The notes: a model not told the origin generated them from the letters alone. A DNA stretch of 64,000 nt from Dehalococcoidia bacterium (GCA_965201135.1 OZ241751.1:948248-1012247), one strand, 5' to 3'; shown: positions 55,091 through 64,000, counted from the stretch's first letter. Numbers and translations: made by a program.

Positions 55091-55110
55091 GTTAGGTTAT
55101 CCTAACTATC
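55091..55110 (+). promoter_or_regulatory. DtxR/IdeR-type iron-box-like palindrome overlapping the predicted transcription start
   Basis: The palindrome gttagg-ttat-cctaac is present. ttaggttatcctaactatc matches 14/19 positions of the IdeR/DtxR consensus TTAGGTTAGCCTAACCTAA. It sits 11 nt after the -10 element and 32 nt before ATG 55142. Confidence 0.45.
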
Positions 55111-55141
55111 GCATGCTCAACAGGCCAACAGGAGAGAGCCT

Positions 55142-55975
55142 ATGACCACCGTTATTCCCGCAGCCCCCGCCCCGACCGCGCCCCGCAAGCGCCCGCCGCC
55201 CCGCGTCGTCAAGGTTAGGCGCGTCGTCCGCCTCACGCCGCGAATGACGCGCCTGACGCTAGGCGGCGATCAGATGGCGGGCTTCGAATGCCCCGGCGCG
55301 GCCTCCCACATCCGCGTCTTCCTGCCCGACGCCGAAACGGGCGAACTCGTTTTGCCCGTCCCCGGACCCGACGGCAACGCCTTCCCGGAGGACAGGCCGC
55401 GCCCGCAGAGCCGCGCCTACACGCCGCGCCGCTGGCGCCCGGACGCGATGGAAATCGACGTCGACTTCGCTCTCCACGACCACGGGCCGGGCGCGGCCTG
55501 GGCCGCGAGCGTGAAGGAAGGCGACCTCGCCGTGATCAGCGGGCGAGCCGGCGGCGGGCGCTTCCCCGACCCCGACGCCGACTGGCATCTCGTCGCAGGC
55601 GACGAGTCCGCGCTGCCCGCCGTCGGCACGCTCCTCGAGGCGCTGCCTCCCGGCGCGAAAGCGACGGTTCTCGTCGAGGTGCAGGGCGCCGACGAGGAGC
55701 AGGAGTTGATGTCGGCCGCCGATCTGCAAGCGCGGTGGATTCACCGGCGCGAGGGCGAAACGCCCGGGCACGCCCTCGCCGCCGCGCTCCGCGACGTCGA
55801 ACTGCCCGACGGCGACGGGCGGATATGGGTGAGTTGCGAGGCGTCCGCGATGCGCGAGATCCGGCGGCATTTCCTCGATGAGCGCGGGGTCGACCGCAAG
55901 GCGCTCCGAACGCAGGGCTATTGGAAGGCCGGCGAGTCCAACCATCCTGATCACGATATGGGCGAGGACGCGTAA
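55142..55975 (+). CDS. Siderophore-interacting protein (FAD-binding_9/SIP family ferric-reductase-like)
   Basis: 277 aa. VVRLTPRMTRLTLGG...SRAYTPRRW...HLVAGDESALPAV...YWKAGES are typical SIP blocks. Confidence 0.8.
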   Translation: MTTVIPAAPAPTAPRKRPPPRVVKVRRVVRLTPRMTRLTLGGDQMAGFECPGAASHIRVFLPDAETGELVLPVPGPDGNAFPEDRPRPQSRAYTPRRWRPDAMEIDVDFALHDHGPGAAWAASVKEGDLAVISGRAGGGRFPDPDADWHLVAGDESALPAVGTLLEALPPGAKATVLVEVQGADEEQELMSAADLQARWIHRREGETPGHALAAALRDVELPDGDGRIWVSCEASAMREIRRHFLDERGVDRKALRTQGYWKAGESNHPDHDMGEDA

Positions 55976-56147
55976 CCTCCCTGCGCGCGTCTCGCTCGTG
56001 TTGCGGTAAAGCCTCCGCGCAACTTGCGCGGGGGCTCTTTCGCTATCGCCGTCCTGCGGGCATTGACGCGGGGCGCGCGAGGGCGTACCTTTCGCGCTGA
56101 GCCGCGCGGCGCGCCACGGAAGACGGCGCCCGGCCAGGAGGAACGCG

Positions 56148-57323
56148 ATGACGATGAACTACGACCCGGCTCACGCGCCCGTTTTCGAGCGCGTCGACGC
56201 CTACGACGAGTGGCGGGAGAGCGAGGGCGTCAAACTGCACGGCGGCCTCTACATCCGCGACCTCTACTCGCTGGAACTCGAGCACTGGCCCCGCAAGGGC
56301 TGCGACGGCGCGGTCGTCTACCTCGACGGCGACGAGGACACGGACGAGCACGTGATCGAGATCGGCCCCGCGGGCAAGACGAACCCGGAGCGCTTTATGT
56401 TCAACGAGGTCGCCTACGTCCTCAGCGGGCGCGGCGCGACGTCGGTCTGGTACGACGAGAACCGCAAGCAGACGTTCGAGTGGGCGGAGGGCGCGTACTT
56501 CTCCGTGCCGATGAACGCCTGGCGGCAGCACTTCAACGGGAGCGGCTCGGAGCCGACGCGGATGGTCTCCGTGACCAATCTGCCGGGCATGCTGCGCCGG
56601 TTCATCGCGCCGGAGTTCATCTGGGACAACCCGTTCGTCTTCCCCGACCGGCTGACGTCCGACGAGGGCTGGGCGGCGGGCTCCGGCTCGATGTACAAGG
56701 GGCGCGTGTGGGAGACGAACTTCCTGCCGGACGCGGCGAATATGCCGATGCCGGACTGGCACGAGCGCGGCGCGGGCGGCACGAACATTATGCTCTCGCT
56801 CGCCGACAACACGGTGTCGTCGCATATCTCGGAGTTTCCCGTCGGCACCTACAAGAAGGCGCACCGGCACGGCCCCGGCGCGCATCTGCTCATCACGGGC
56901 GGCGTCGGCTTCGCGCTGGTCTGGAAAGAGGACGACATGTCCGACCTGGTGAAGGCGGACTGGCAGCGGGGCAGCCTCTACCTCCCGACGCAGGACGCGG
57001 AGAACGAGTACTTCCATCAGCACTTCAACGTGGGGACGACGCCGGCGCGCTACATCAATATGAGCCCGTCGAACTCGCGGAAGTACGCGTACCGGCGCGG
57101 CGTGAACGACCCGAAGAAGCAGGGCGAGATTCGCGCGATGGTGAGCATCAAGGAGGGCGGGATCCAGTTGGAGTACGAGGACGAGTCCCCGCGCGTGCAC
57201 CGCATCTTCGAGGAGGAACTCGCCAAGCACGGGCAGGAGTGCCGGATGAGGAACCTCGTCGCGGACTGCACCGGCGTCCCCGGCCCGGAGAACAAGAAGG
57301 GGGAACTCAAGGCTTGGGATTAG
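56148..57323 (+). CDS. Bicupin-domain protein (dioxygenase-like), paralog B
   Basis: 391 aa with AGGAGG upstream. It is collinear with 33629..34783, sharing for example RKQTFEWAEGAYFSVPMNAWRQHFNGSG and SEFPVGTYKKAHRHGPGAHL. Confidence 0.75.
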   Translation: MTMNYDPAHAPVFERVDAYDEWRESEGVKLHGGLYIRDLYSLELEHWPRKGCDGAVVYLDGDEDTDEHVIEIGPAGKTNPERFMFNEVAYVLSGRGATSVWYDENRKQTFEWAEGAYFSVPMNAWRQHFNGSGSEPTRMVSVTNLPGMLRRFIAPEFIWDNPFVFPDRLTSDEGWAAGSGSMYKGRVWETNFLPDAANMPMPDWHERGAGGTNIMLSLADNTVSSHISEFPVGTYKKAHRHGPGAHLLITGGVGFALVWKEDDMSDLVKADWQRGSLYLPTQDAENEYFHQHFNVGTTPARYINMSPSNSRKYAYRRGVNDPKKQGEIRAMVSIKEGGIQLEYEDESPRVHRIFEEELAKHGQECRMRNLVADCTGVPGPENKKGELKAWD

Positions 57324-58348
57324 GGCGAGAGGACGCCGGCCCGCCGCAAGCCGGCCCCGCCGCCGTCGTCGGCGCGACGTCGTGGGGAACGACGCTCGCG
57401 CTCATTATGGCGCGCCGGGGGGCGGACGTCCGCCTGCTGACGCGGACGTCCGCCGAGGCGGAGCGGCTCGCGGCGGACGGCGAGCACGCGGCGCGGCTGC
57501 CCGGCCATCGCTTTCCCCCGTCGCTGCGCGTCGAGGCGGACTGGGGCGCCGGCATGGAGGGCGCGGAGTTCGCGCTGTTCGCCGTCCCCAGCCAGTCGCT
57601 GCGCGAGAACGCCCGCCGCGCCGCCCCCGTCCTTCCGCGCGGCGTCGTGGCCGTTTCGGCGTGCAAGGGCTTGGAGCGCGGAACGTTCCGGCGGATGAGC
57701 GCCGCGCTGGAGGAGGAACTCGCGGACGCCGCGCCGAGGATTTGCGCGCTCTCCGGCCCGAATCTCGCGCATGAGGTTGTCCGAGGGCTGCCCGCGTCGG
57801 CGGTCGTCGCGTCGGCGGACGCAGAGGCGGCGGCGCGGGCGCAGGCGATGCTCAACTCGCCGTCGTTCCGCGTCTACACCAACCGCGATGTGATTGGAAC
57901 CGAACTCGCGGGCGCGCTGAAGAACGTCATCGCCATCGGCGCGGGAGCGTGCGACGCGATGGGGCTGGGCGACAACGCGAAGTCCGCGTTTCTGACGCGG
58001 GGGCTCGCGGAGATTGCGCGGCTGGGCGCCGCGGCGGGCGCGGACGCGGCGACGTTCGCCGGGATCGCGGGATTCGGCGACCTGACGGCGACCTGCTACA
58101 GCGCGCTGAGCCGGAACCGTCGGCTGGGCGCCGCGCTCGGCGAAGGGCTCCCGCTGGCGGACGCGCTCGCCTCGCTGGGCGGGCAGGTCGCGGAGGGCGT
58201 GACGGCGACGCAGGCGGCGCTGGAGATGGCCGCGTCGCTCGGCGTCGAGATGCCGATCGCCGAGGCGACGTCGCGGGCGCTGTTCGAGGGCGAGTCGCCC
58301 CGCGACGCGCTGCGCGACTTGATGACGCGCGCGCCGAGGGAGGAGTAG
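57314..58348 (+). CDS. gpsA: NAD(P)H-dependent glycerol-3-phosphate dehydrogenase
   Basis: In frame with ORF 56024..58348. The likely TTG start at 57314 is uncertain. VVGATSWGTTLA..., SGPNLAHEV, GALKNVIAIGAG and FGDLTATCYSALSRNRRLG are present. Confidence 0.85.
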   Translation: MGLGREDAGPPQAGPAAVVGATSWGTTLALIMARRGADVRLLTRTSAEAERLAADGEHAARLPGHRFPPSLRVEADWGAGMEGAEFALFAVPSQSLRENARRAAPVLPRGVVAVSACKGLERGTFRRMSAALEEELADAAPRICALSGPNLAHEVVRGLPASAVVASADAEAAARAQAMLNSPSFRVYTNRDVIGTELAGALKNVIAIGAGACDAMGLGDNAKSAFLTRGLAEIARLGAAAGADAATFAGIAGFGDLTATCYSALSRNRRLGAALGEGLPLADALASLGGQVAEGVTATQAALEMAASLGVEMPIAEATSRALFEGESPRDALRDLMTRAPREE

Positions 58349-58351
58349 CGC

Positions 58352-59701
58352 GTGGCCGGCGGCGAGAGCGGCGTTGACGATCTCGTCGCGGAGTGGCGCC
58401 GCGCCGCGGGGGCGGACGCCTCCGGCGAGGAGGAACTGCGCGCGCTGACGGCGGAACTCGCGGAGTCCGGCCTCAGCGTCGGCGAGGCGTTTCTGGTCGC
58501 GGTTGGACGGATGGGCGAGCGGAACGCGGCGTCGAGAGAGTTCGCGCGCGGCTACGCGCAGCGCCTTTACGGACGCGACGCGGAGCCGGGCGCCGCGCCG
58601 GGCGCGGCCCCGCAGGACTCGTCCCGGGCAGAGCGGCGCGAATTCGGCGCGGCGTTGCTGTTGGCGGCCGCGGCGGGAGCAATCGTCGCGATTCCCAACG
58701 TGTTCGACCCCATCGGCGACGACGCCTGGTACTACCGCAACGCGGTCGTCGTCATTCTCGGCTTGCTGGCGGGATATTTCGCGTGGAAGCGCGCGCTGAG
58801 GGGAGTCCGGCTGCTATGGCTGGCGGCGCCGTTCGCGGTCGCGCTCGTCTTTGCAAACGCCTATCCGTATTCGTTCGGCGGCAGCGACTCGGGCAACCTC
58901 GCGTTTCTGCACCTGCCGATAGCGCTCTGGGTCGCGGTGGGCGCGGCCTACGCCGGAAGCCGCTGGCGGGAGACCGGGACGCGCATCGCGTTCGTGCGCT
59001 TCTCCGGCGGATGGTTCGTCGCCTACGTTCTCATCGCGCTGGGGGGCGGAGCGCTGGTCGGCGTCACGCAGGGCATGTTCGCGGCGATTGACGTCAACGC
59101 GGAGTACTTCCTCTTCAGTTGGGCCGTGCCGTCGGGAGCGGCGGGGGCGGTTCTGATCACTGCGTGGCTGGTGGAGACGTGGGGGAAGACGATAGAGCAG
59201 GCGGCGCCGATGCTCGCGCGGGTGTTCACGCCGCTCGTCGCGGCGGCGCTGCTCGCTTTCCTCGCGGCGATGGCTTGGACGGGGAGAGGCGTCGGCGCGG
59301 ACAGAGACGTGCTCATCGCCTTCGACTTGCTGCTGGCGCTCGTGCTCGGCCTGCTGATCTACGTCGTGGCGTCACGGGACCCGAACGCGCCGCCGAGCGC
59401 GTTCGACTGGCTGGCGGCGGCGCTCGTGGTCAGCGCGCTCGTGGTGGACGCCGCCGCGCTCGCCGGAATCGCGTCGCGCATCTCCGATTTCGGGTTCAGC
59501 CCCAACAAGACGGCGGCGCTGGGAGAGAACCTCGTCATTCTCGCCAACTTGGGGTGGTCGGCCTGGCTCTACGGGCGGTTCCTGCTGCGGCGGGGCTCGT
59601 TCCGCGCGCTGGAGCGATGGCAAACCGCCTACCTGCCCGTGTACGGCGCGTGGGCGGCGGTGGTGGTCATCGTGTTCCCGCCGCTGTTCGACTACGCGTA
59701 G
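58352..59701 (+). CDS. Hypothetical polytopic membrane protein with ~90-aa soluble N-terminal domain
   Basis: 449-aa ORF with a GTG start. About 9 hydrophobic helices follow residue 95. I recognise no family. Confidence 0.6.
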   Translation: MAGGESGVDDLVAEWRRAAGADASGEEELRALTAELAESGLSVGEAFLVAVGRMGERNAASREFARGYAQRLYGRDAEPGAAPGAAPQDSSRAERREFGAALLLAAAAGAIVAIPNVFDPIGDDAWYYRNAVVVILGLLAGYFAWKRALRGVRLLWLAAPFAVALVFANAYPYSFGGSDSGNLAFLHLPIALWVAVGAAYAGSRWRETGTRIAFVRFSGGWFVAYVLIALGGGALVGVTQGMFAAIDVNAEYFLFSWAVPSGAAGAVLITAWLVETWGKTIEQAAPMLARVFTPLVAAALLAFLAAMAWTGRGVGADRDVLIAFDLLLALVLGLLIYVVASRDPNAPPSAFDWLAAALVVSALVVDAAALAGIASRISDFGFSPNKTAALGENLVILANLGWSAWLYGRFLLRRGSFRALERWQTAYLPVYGAWAAVVVIVFPPLFDYA

Positions 59702-59775
59702 GGCGGGGGGGCGCCCCGACTCTGCTAGAATTCGGCGAATAACGCCCCCGCCCGCAAGATCGGGACGTAGGGAAT

Positions 59776-62553
59776 ATGGCGAGAGAAGGCGACACGGAAG
59801 ACACGCTCACCGGGAAACTGGCGGAATTGTTGCGCGCCGAGGACAAGGCGTTGGCGGACGCCCGAGCGCAGTTTCCGGCGAGGGGCAAGCGCGTGGACGT
59901 CCTTGTCGCTATAGACGGCGTTCGCGTGGCGATAGAGGCGAAATCGGGCTTCGACAAGAAGGCCGCCGCCCTCGATAACGCCGAGGGCCGGCTGCGCGCA
60001 AGGATCGCGGACGTCGCCTTCGGCCTTTGCTATCCCAACGGCGCGACGACGGACTCCCTCGCATCCGAGACGCTGACTTGGGCCGTCTGCGTCGACCCGA
60101 ATTTGCGCGACGGACCCGCGTGGGCCGAGGGCGATTACCGGCAGTTCGCCCGCGAATTGCGCGGCTCTCCGCAGTTGGCCGACAAGACGGACTTGGCCGC
60201 GCGCATCTTGTCGGATTCGTTGGACGAAGCCGTGGGAATGATTCCTCCCGCCGAACGAGTCGGCCTCGCCAAAGTCCTCGACCTTCCGCCGCGAAAAAAC
60301 CGGAAGTCCGGAGAGGCCGAGGACTACGCTCCCGCCGCCAAGCGGGGGTTGCTGGTTCTTGCAACTGCGATGCTGTTTCACAATCGGTTGGACTCGTACC
60401 TTCCGCATCTGGAGCGCCCGCCGGCGGACGCCTGGCCTGACGGCAAGGTTGGGGTTTGGCCTCCGATGCGTCTGTCCGCTTGCGGCGCGTCTTTCACGCC
60501 GCGTTATGCGTTCGACGAGGCTTGGAAGGCGATCCTCGCCGTGGACTACAAGCCTATCTTCGAAGCCGCCCGCGACGCGCTGCGCACGCTTCCCCCAACT
60601 CCCGCCATCTTGTCCGCCATAGCCGCCGCCGTCGAGCGGTGCGCCGAACTGACCACCGGCAGCCGTCACGACCTGGTGGGCCGCATATTTCACCGCGTGT
60701 TGGACACGGCGAGGCACGACGGCTCCTACTACACCTCGACGCCCGCCGCCACGCTCCTTGCGGCGCTCGCCATTCGGGAGCGGGACGTTGCGAAGACGAA
60801 TCCGGCGGACTTGCGGATATGCGACCCCGCCTGCGGCACGGGAACGCTGCTTACGGCGGCCGCGGAGCGGATAAGAGACCTAGCCGGCGCATCCGACGAC
60901 GACTTCAGCCGCGCTATAGTTGAAAAAGTCCTATGGGGATACGACGTCAACCTAACGGCTACGCACATGGCCGCGACGACAATTGGACTGCTCTCCCCAA
61001 GCACGGCGTTTAGAAATATGGAAGTGCACCGTCCGTTGTTTGGAGCGTACAGCGAGGATGAGAATGGAAACCTGCGGCCTGACGAAAATGGTCAAGCCCA
61101 CATAGGCTCGCTGGAGTTCCTAGGCAAGGAGAGGCACACGCGCTTCGCCGACCGCCAAATGACTATGGGAGATATGCGAGAAGAATCGAAGAGGATTCAA
61201 GGCGAGCAGGTCGAGGGCGGCGACATACGCGAGCCCGTTCCTATGGACTTCGTCATAATGAATCCTCCATTCACCCGCGACAGCCTCCGTCACGACCAAT
61301 TCCCTCCTAACGTGGAACGGGCGATTAAGGAGCGCGAGAAACTCGTTCTCGGCAGGCTCGCGCGACGCAAGGCGACTCGGTTGCATTCGTCCGGCGGCGC
61401 TTTCACTGCGCTCGCCGAGCATTTGCTCAAGCCAAACAACGCCGCAATCGCGTTAGTCCTCCCCGCCGTAGTCGCCACTTCGCCTGGGAACTTGGAGATG
61501 CGGGGGCATCTCGCTGAGCGGTTCCATATAGAACTCATCATAGTCTCCCATGACGTTAACCGCCTATGGTTTTCCGAAAACACCAGCATTTCGGAAATGC
61601 TGGTCATAGGGCGCCGGTGGAGCAAAGGAAGAAAGCCGCCCACTCGAGTCGTGAACCTTACGCGAAACCCTGCGACGCCAATTGAGGCGATGCGCTTAGC
61701 CGAGGCCATCAACGGGACATCCGACGCATGGATGAGCCACGTGATTCAAGAAATCCCGTCGGCTCGAATCCTCAAGGGCGATTGGTTCGCAATCAATTTC
61801 CTCGCGCCCCGCTTGGCGGAGAGTTATCGCGCGCTCGTTGGCGGCTCCCTCTTTCCCGTGCAGAGCCTCTCCCAAATCGCGAGCGTAGGCCCCGCCGGAC
61901 AAGGAATTCGCGGCGCCTACGAGCCCACCGACCTTCCTACGAAAGACGGACGCCGCGCCTTGTGGGGACAGGACACCGGCATTCTCCAGACAATGGCGGC
62001 CAAGCCCGACGCGTACATAGAGCCCATGCCCGGCAAACTGAGCCAAGCCGACGCGTACTGGAGCCAGCGAGGCCGGCTATTCATTCCCGCGAAACTCCGC
62101 CTCAACACCGCCCGAGTCGCCGCCGTTTGGTCGGCGCAGCCCGCCGTAGGCTCGCTCTGGATTCCCTGCAGATTAGTCAATTTCGACGAAGAGGCGACGG
62201 AGAAAGCCTTGACCGTCTACTTCAACTCGTCGGTCGGCTTGCTGGCGCTGCTCGGAGGCCGGAGCAACAAGGTCTTGTCCCGCCCCGAATTCTCAATGGA
62301 CGCGCTCAGATCCGTTCCCGTTCCTCACTTCGGCAAGTTAGGGAACGCCGCCCGCGACCGCCTAACGCAAGCCTACGAGTCGCTCTCCGCCACGCCTCTC
62401 CTGCCGCTGCCTCAGATGGACGCCGACCCCGCGCGTCAAGCGCTGGACGACGCGGTGATCCAGGCCATCGGGATAGACGCCGGCTGGGCGGCCGAGATCC
62501 GCCGCGCCTTGTCTGAAGAGCCCTGCGTCACGCAAAAGCGGTACAACCCCTAA
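59776..62553 (+). CDS. Large nuclease-like/N6-adenine methyltransferase fusion (NPPF type), paralog 2
   Basis: 925 aa. The N-terminus has a canonical D...E-A-K motif (KRVDVLVAIDGVRVAIEAKSG). YYTSTPAATLLAALAI is present. Motif I is ICDPACGTGTLLTAAA and motif IV is FVIMNPPFTRDS. A possible extended -10, tgctagaat, lies at 59723-59731. Confidence 0.8.
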   Translation: MAREGDTEDTLTGKLAELLRAEDKALADARAQFPARGKRVDVLVAIDGVRVAIEAKSGFDKKAAALDNAEGRLRARIADVAFGLCYPNGATTDSLASETLTWAVCVDPNLRDGPAWAEGDYRQFARELRGSPQLADKTDLAARILSDSLDEAVGMIPPAERVGLAKVLDLPPRKNRKSGEAEDYAPAAKRGLLVLATAMLFHNRLDSYLPHLERPPADAWPDGKVGVWPPMRLSACGASFTPRYAFDEAWKAILAVDYKPIFEAARDALRTLPPTPAILSAIAAAVERCAELTTGSRHDLVGRIFHRVLDTARHDGSYYTSTPAATLLAALAIRERDVAKTNPADLRICDPACGTGTLLTAAAERIRDLAGASDDDFSRAIVEKVLWGYDVNLTATHMAATTIGLLSPSTAFRNMEVHRPLFGAYSEDENGNLRPDENGQAHIGSLEFLGKERHTRFADRQMTMGDMREESKRIQGEQVEGGDIREPVPMDFVIMNPPFTRDSLRHDQFPPNVERAIKEREKLVLGRLARRKATRLHSSGGAFTALAEHLLKPNNAAIALVLPAVVATSPGNLEMRGHLAERFHIELIIVSHDVNRLWFSENTSISEMLVIGRRWSKGRKPPTRVVNLTRNPATPIEAMRLAEAINGTSDAWMSHVIQEIPSARILKGDWFAINFLAPRLAESYRALVGGSLFPVQSLSQIASVGPAGQGIRGAYEPTDLPTKDGRRALWGQDTGILQTMAAKPDAYIEPMPGKLSQADAYWSQRGRLFIPAKLRLNTARVAAVWSAQPAVGSLWIPCRLVNFDEEATEKALTVYFNSSVGLLALLGGRSNKVLSRPEFSMDALRSVPVPHFGKLGNAARDRLTQAYESLSATPLLPLPQMDADPARQALDDAVIQAIGIDAGWAAEIRRALSEEPCVTQKRYNP

Positions 62554-62685
62554 CGCCCTAGCCATCGCCCGCCCGCGCGACGACGGCGGCGCTTACGTCG
62601 CAGGCGGCGACTCCATCGCAGACCTCGCAAGACCTCCGTCGACCGGGGGCTCCGCGTAGGCGGGGGGCAACGCCTCTTCCTCGCG

Positions 62686-63282
62686 TCAGTCCTGGCGTTG
62701 GGGGAGAATGGGCGCCTCGTACTCGGCGAGCGCCTGCTCGCGCCCTTCGATGTATTCGGAGTCCAGCCACTCGAGGAATTTCGACATGAATTCGGTGGTG
62801 ACGGCGGGATCCACGGCGGGGACATTGAGAATCAACGCGTGCTTGTCCACTTGCAGGTACGACGCCGCTTGGCCGTTCAGCGTCCGTTGCTCGTAATCGT
62901 GGAAGCCTGTCCGCTTGGCGAGCAGTTCGATGAGCGCGTCGCTGAGCGTGCCGTGCTGGACCTTGACGAAATACTGGGTTTGCGCCTCTTTGGGGTTCGC
63001 GGATATTTCCACTTGCCCCAGGTTCGGCAGCGCCCTCGTGACCGTGCCCGACCAGCCGGGGCCGGCCTTGAGCGCCACGATGTCCCAAACCGAGTCCAGT
63101 TTCGTTCGCATCGAGGAGAGGTCGTTGCTGATCCCCTGCAACTGACGGGACAGGTTGGCATCCATCTTGTCCAGCCGCTCTATGAGGCCGCCCTTGAAAC
63201 TGTGCAAGCCGAACCAGATGGTGAGGGCAATCGCCAGAAAGCCTCCGCCCACGACAACCAACGATAGGACGCTCTCGCTCAT
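62686..63282 (-). CDS. Hypothetical membrane-anchored protein (N-terminal TM, coiled-coil segment, ~120-aa C-terminal domain)
   Basis: In frame with ORF 62686..63336. ATG 63282 is preceded by GGAGG. The sequence runs MSESVLSLVVVGGGFLAIALTIWFGL... then LIERLDKMDANLSRQLQGISNDLSSMRTKLDS. I recognise no family. Confidence 0.6.
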   Translation of the reverse strand: MSESVLSLVVVGGGFLAIALTIWFGLHSFKGGLIERLDKMDANLSRQLQGISNDLSSMRTKLDSVWDIVALKAGPGWSGTVTRALPNLGQVEISANPKEAQTQYFVKVQHGTLSDALIELLAKRTGFHDYEQRTLNGQAASYLQVDKHALILNVPAVDPAVTTEFMSKFLEWLDSEYIEGREQALAEYEAPILPQRQD

Positions 63283-63552
63283 CGGCTCGCCTCCGGACGG
63301 CCCGCCCGCTAGAGGGCGCTGACGGGAGTATAGCACGGCGGCGCCGGAGCCGGCGGCGCCGTTAGCATAGCCCTCCGCCCTGCCGCGTAGGCGGGAACCT
63401 ACCCTCGCCCCGCGACTTACGCGGTTGCCGCGCGTTAGGGCGCGGCGGTATGATGGGCCTATGCCGGACTATCCCCGCATCGCGCCCTGCTACGCCGACT
63501 CGCGCGCAGCCGTCGGCCCTCGCGGGCGCGGGCGGTAGGAGGCGGGGGCGCG

Positions 63553-64000
63553 ATGGCGAACGCGGCGGAGGCGCTCCGGCGATACTTGGACGAGTTGCGG
63601 GCGAACATCGCCCAGGGCAACGCGACGGAGCACACGCACCGCCCCGCGCTCAAGACGCTGCTCGAATCGCTCGACGAGAACATCGTCGCCACCAACGAGC
63701 CCGCGCATATCGCCGTCGGCGCGCCCGACTTCGTCGTCTCTCGAACCGGCGGCGCGCGCCTCACCGTCGGCTATGTCGAGGCCAAAGACGTCGGCGTCGA
63801 TCTGAACGCCATCGAAAAAGACGCCGCCCGCGCGCGCCCGACGACGCCGAACGGCGAGCAACTCAAGCGCTACAAGGAGAACCTCCCCAACCTGCTGCTG
63901 ACGAATTACACGGAGTTCCGCTGGTATGTCGACGGCGAGCGGCGCATGACGGCGGTCCTCGCGGAGGCGGACGAGCGGGGTCGGCTCGCGGGGAGCGCGG
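63553..64000 (+). CDS. Type IIG restriction-modification enzyme, N-terminal nuclease domain only (gene runs off the right edge)
   Basis: Not in the ORF track because it has no stop. AGGAGG at 63537-63542, ATG at 63553. I translated all 149 codons without a stop: MANAAEALRRYLDELRANIAQGNATEHTHRPALKTLLESL...GAPDFVVSRTGGARLTVGYVEAKDVGVDL... PD...E-A-K is a nuclease motif, and the ATEHTxR start is typical of Eco57I-like type IIG enzymes. Confidence 0.7.
   Translation, partial: MANAAEALRRYLDELRANIAQGNATEHTHRPALKTLLESLDENIVATNEPAHIAVGAPDFVVSRTGGARLTVGYVEAKDVGVDLNAIEKDAARARPTTPNGEQLKRYKENLPNLLLTNYTEFRWYVDGERRMTAVLAEADERGRLAGSA

Overview
This is a high-GC bacterial chromosomal segment, about 65-70% GC by hand counts on sample lines. 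A giant DUF2298 'YYY' membrane protein and the style of the intergenic repeats suggest a Chloroflexota-like organism; that is inference only.

Backbone genes: tctCAB-like transporter, eno, gap, proS, rpsT, pyrF, aroC, gpsA, pcrA, two GT2 glycosyltransferases, two MFS transporters, two GNATs, two paralogous bicupins, a Rieske oxygenase with a PhtD-like partner, a DEAD-box helicase, and amidohydrolase, SDR and dehydrogenase genes.

Accessory insertions:
1. A large N6-adenine MTase followed by a nucleotidyltransferase-like gene (1-3774).
2. Two divergent paralogs of a ~930-980 aa nuclease-like/NPPF-methyltransferase fusion (18218-21160 and 59776-62553).
3. A low-GC R-M-S type IIG gene abutting proS (27928-30261).
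4. A self-promoted two-gene cassette encoding a short TIR protein plus a duplicated beta-rich partner (41572-42651). This is my best candidate for an undescribed defence-type system.
5. A decayed HelD/UvrD-like helicase bracketed by 32-bp direct repeats (49341-51304).
6. A membrane-anchored protein and a further type IIG gene at the right edge (62686-64000).

Intergenic repeat families:
- REP-like triple-hairpin modules, including a 122-bp tandem array.
- A ~98-bp MITE with 15-bp terminal inverted repeats, seen as filled and empty sites.
- Palindromic elements built from 10-11 nt phased A/T-tract words.

I recognised no rRNA, tRNA, CRISPR array, integrase or transposase. CDS starts were checked against the frames of the supplied ORF track. 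Repeat coordinates were hand-counted and may be off by 1-2 nt.
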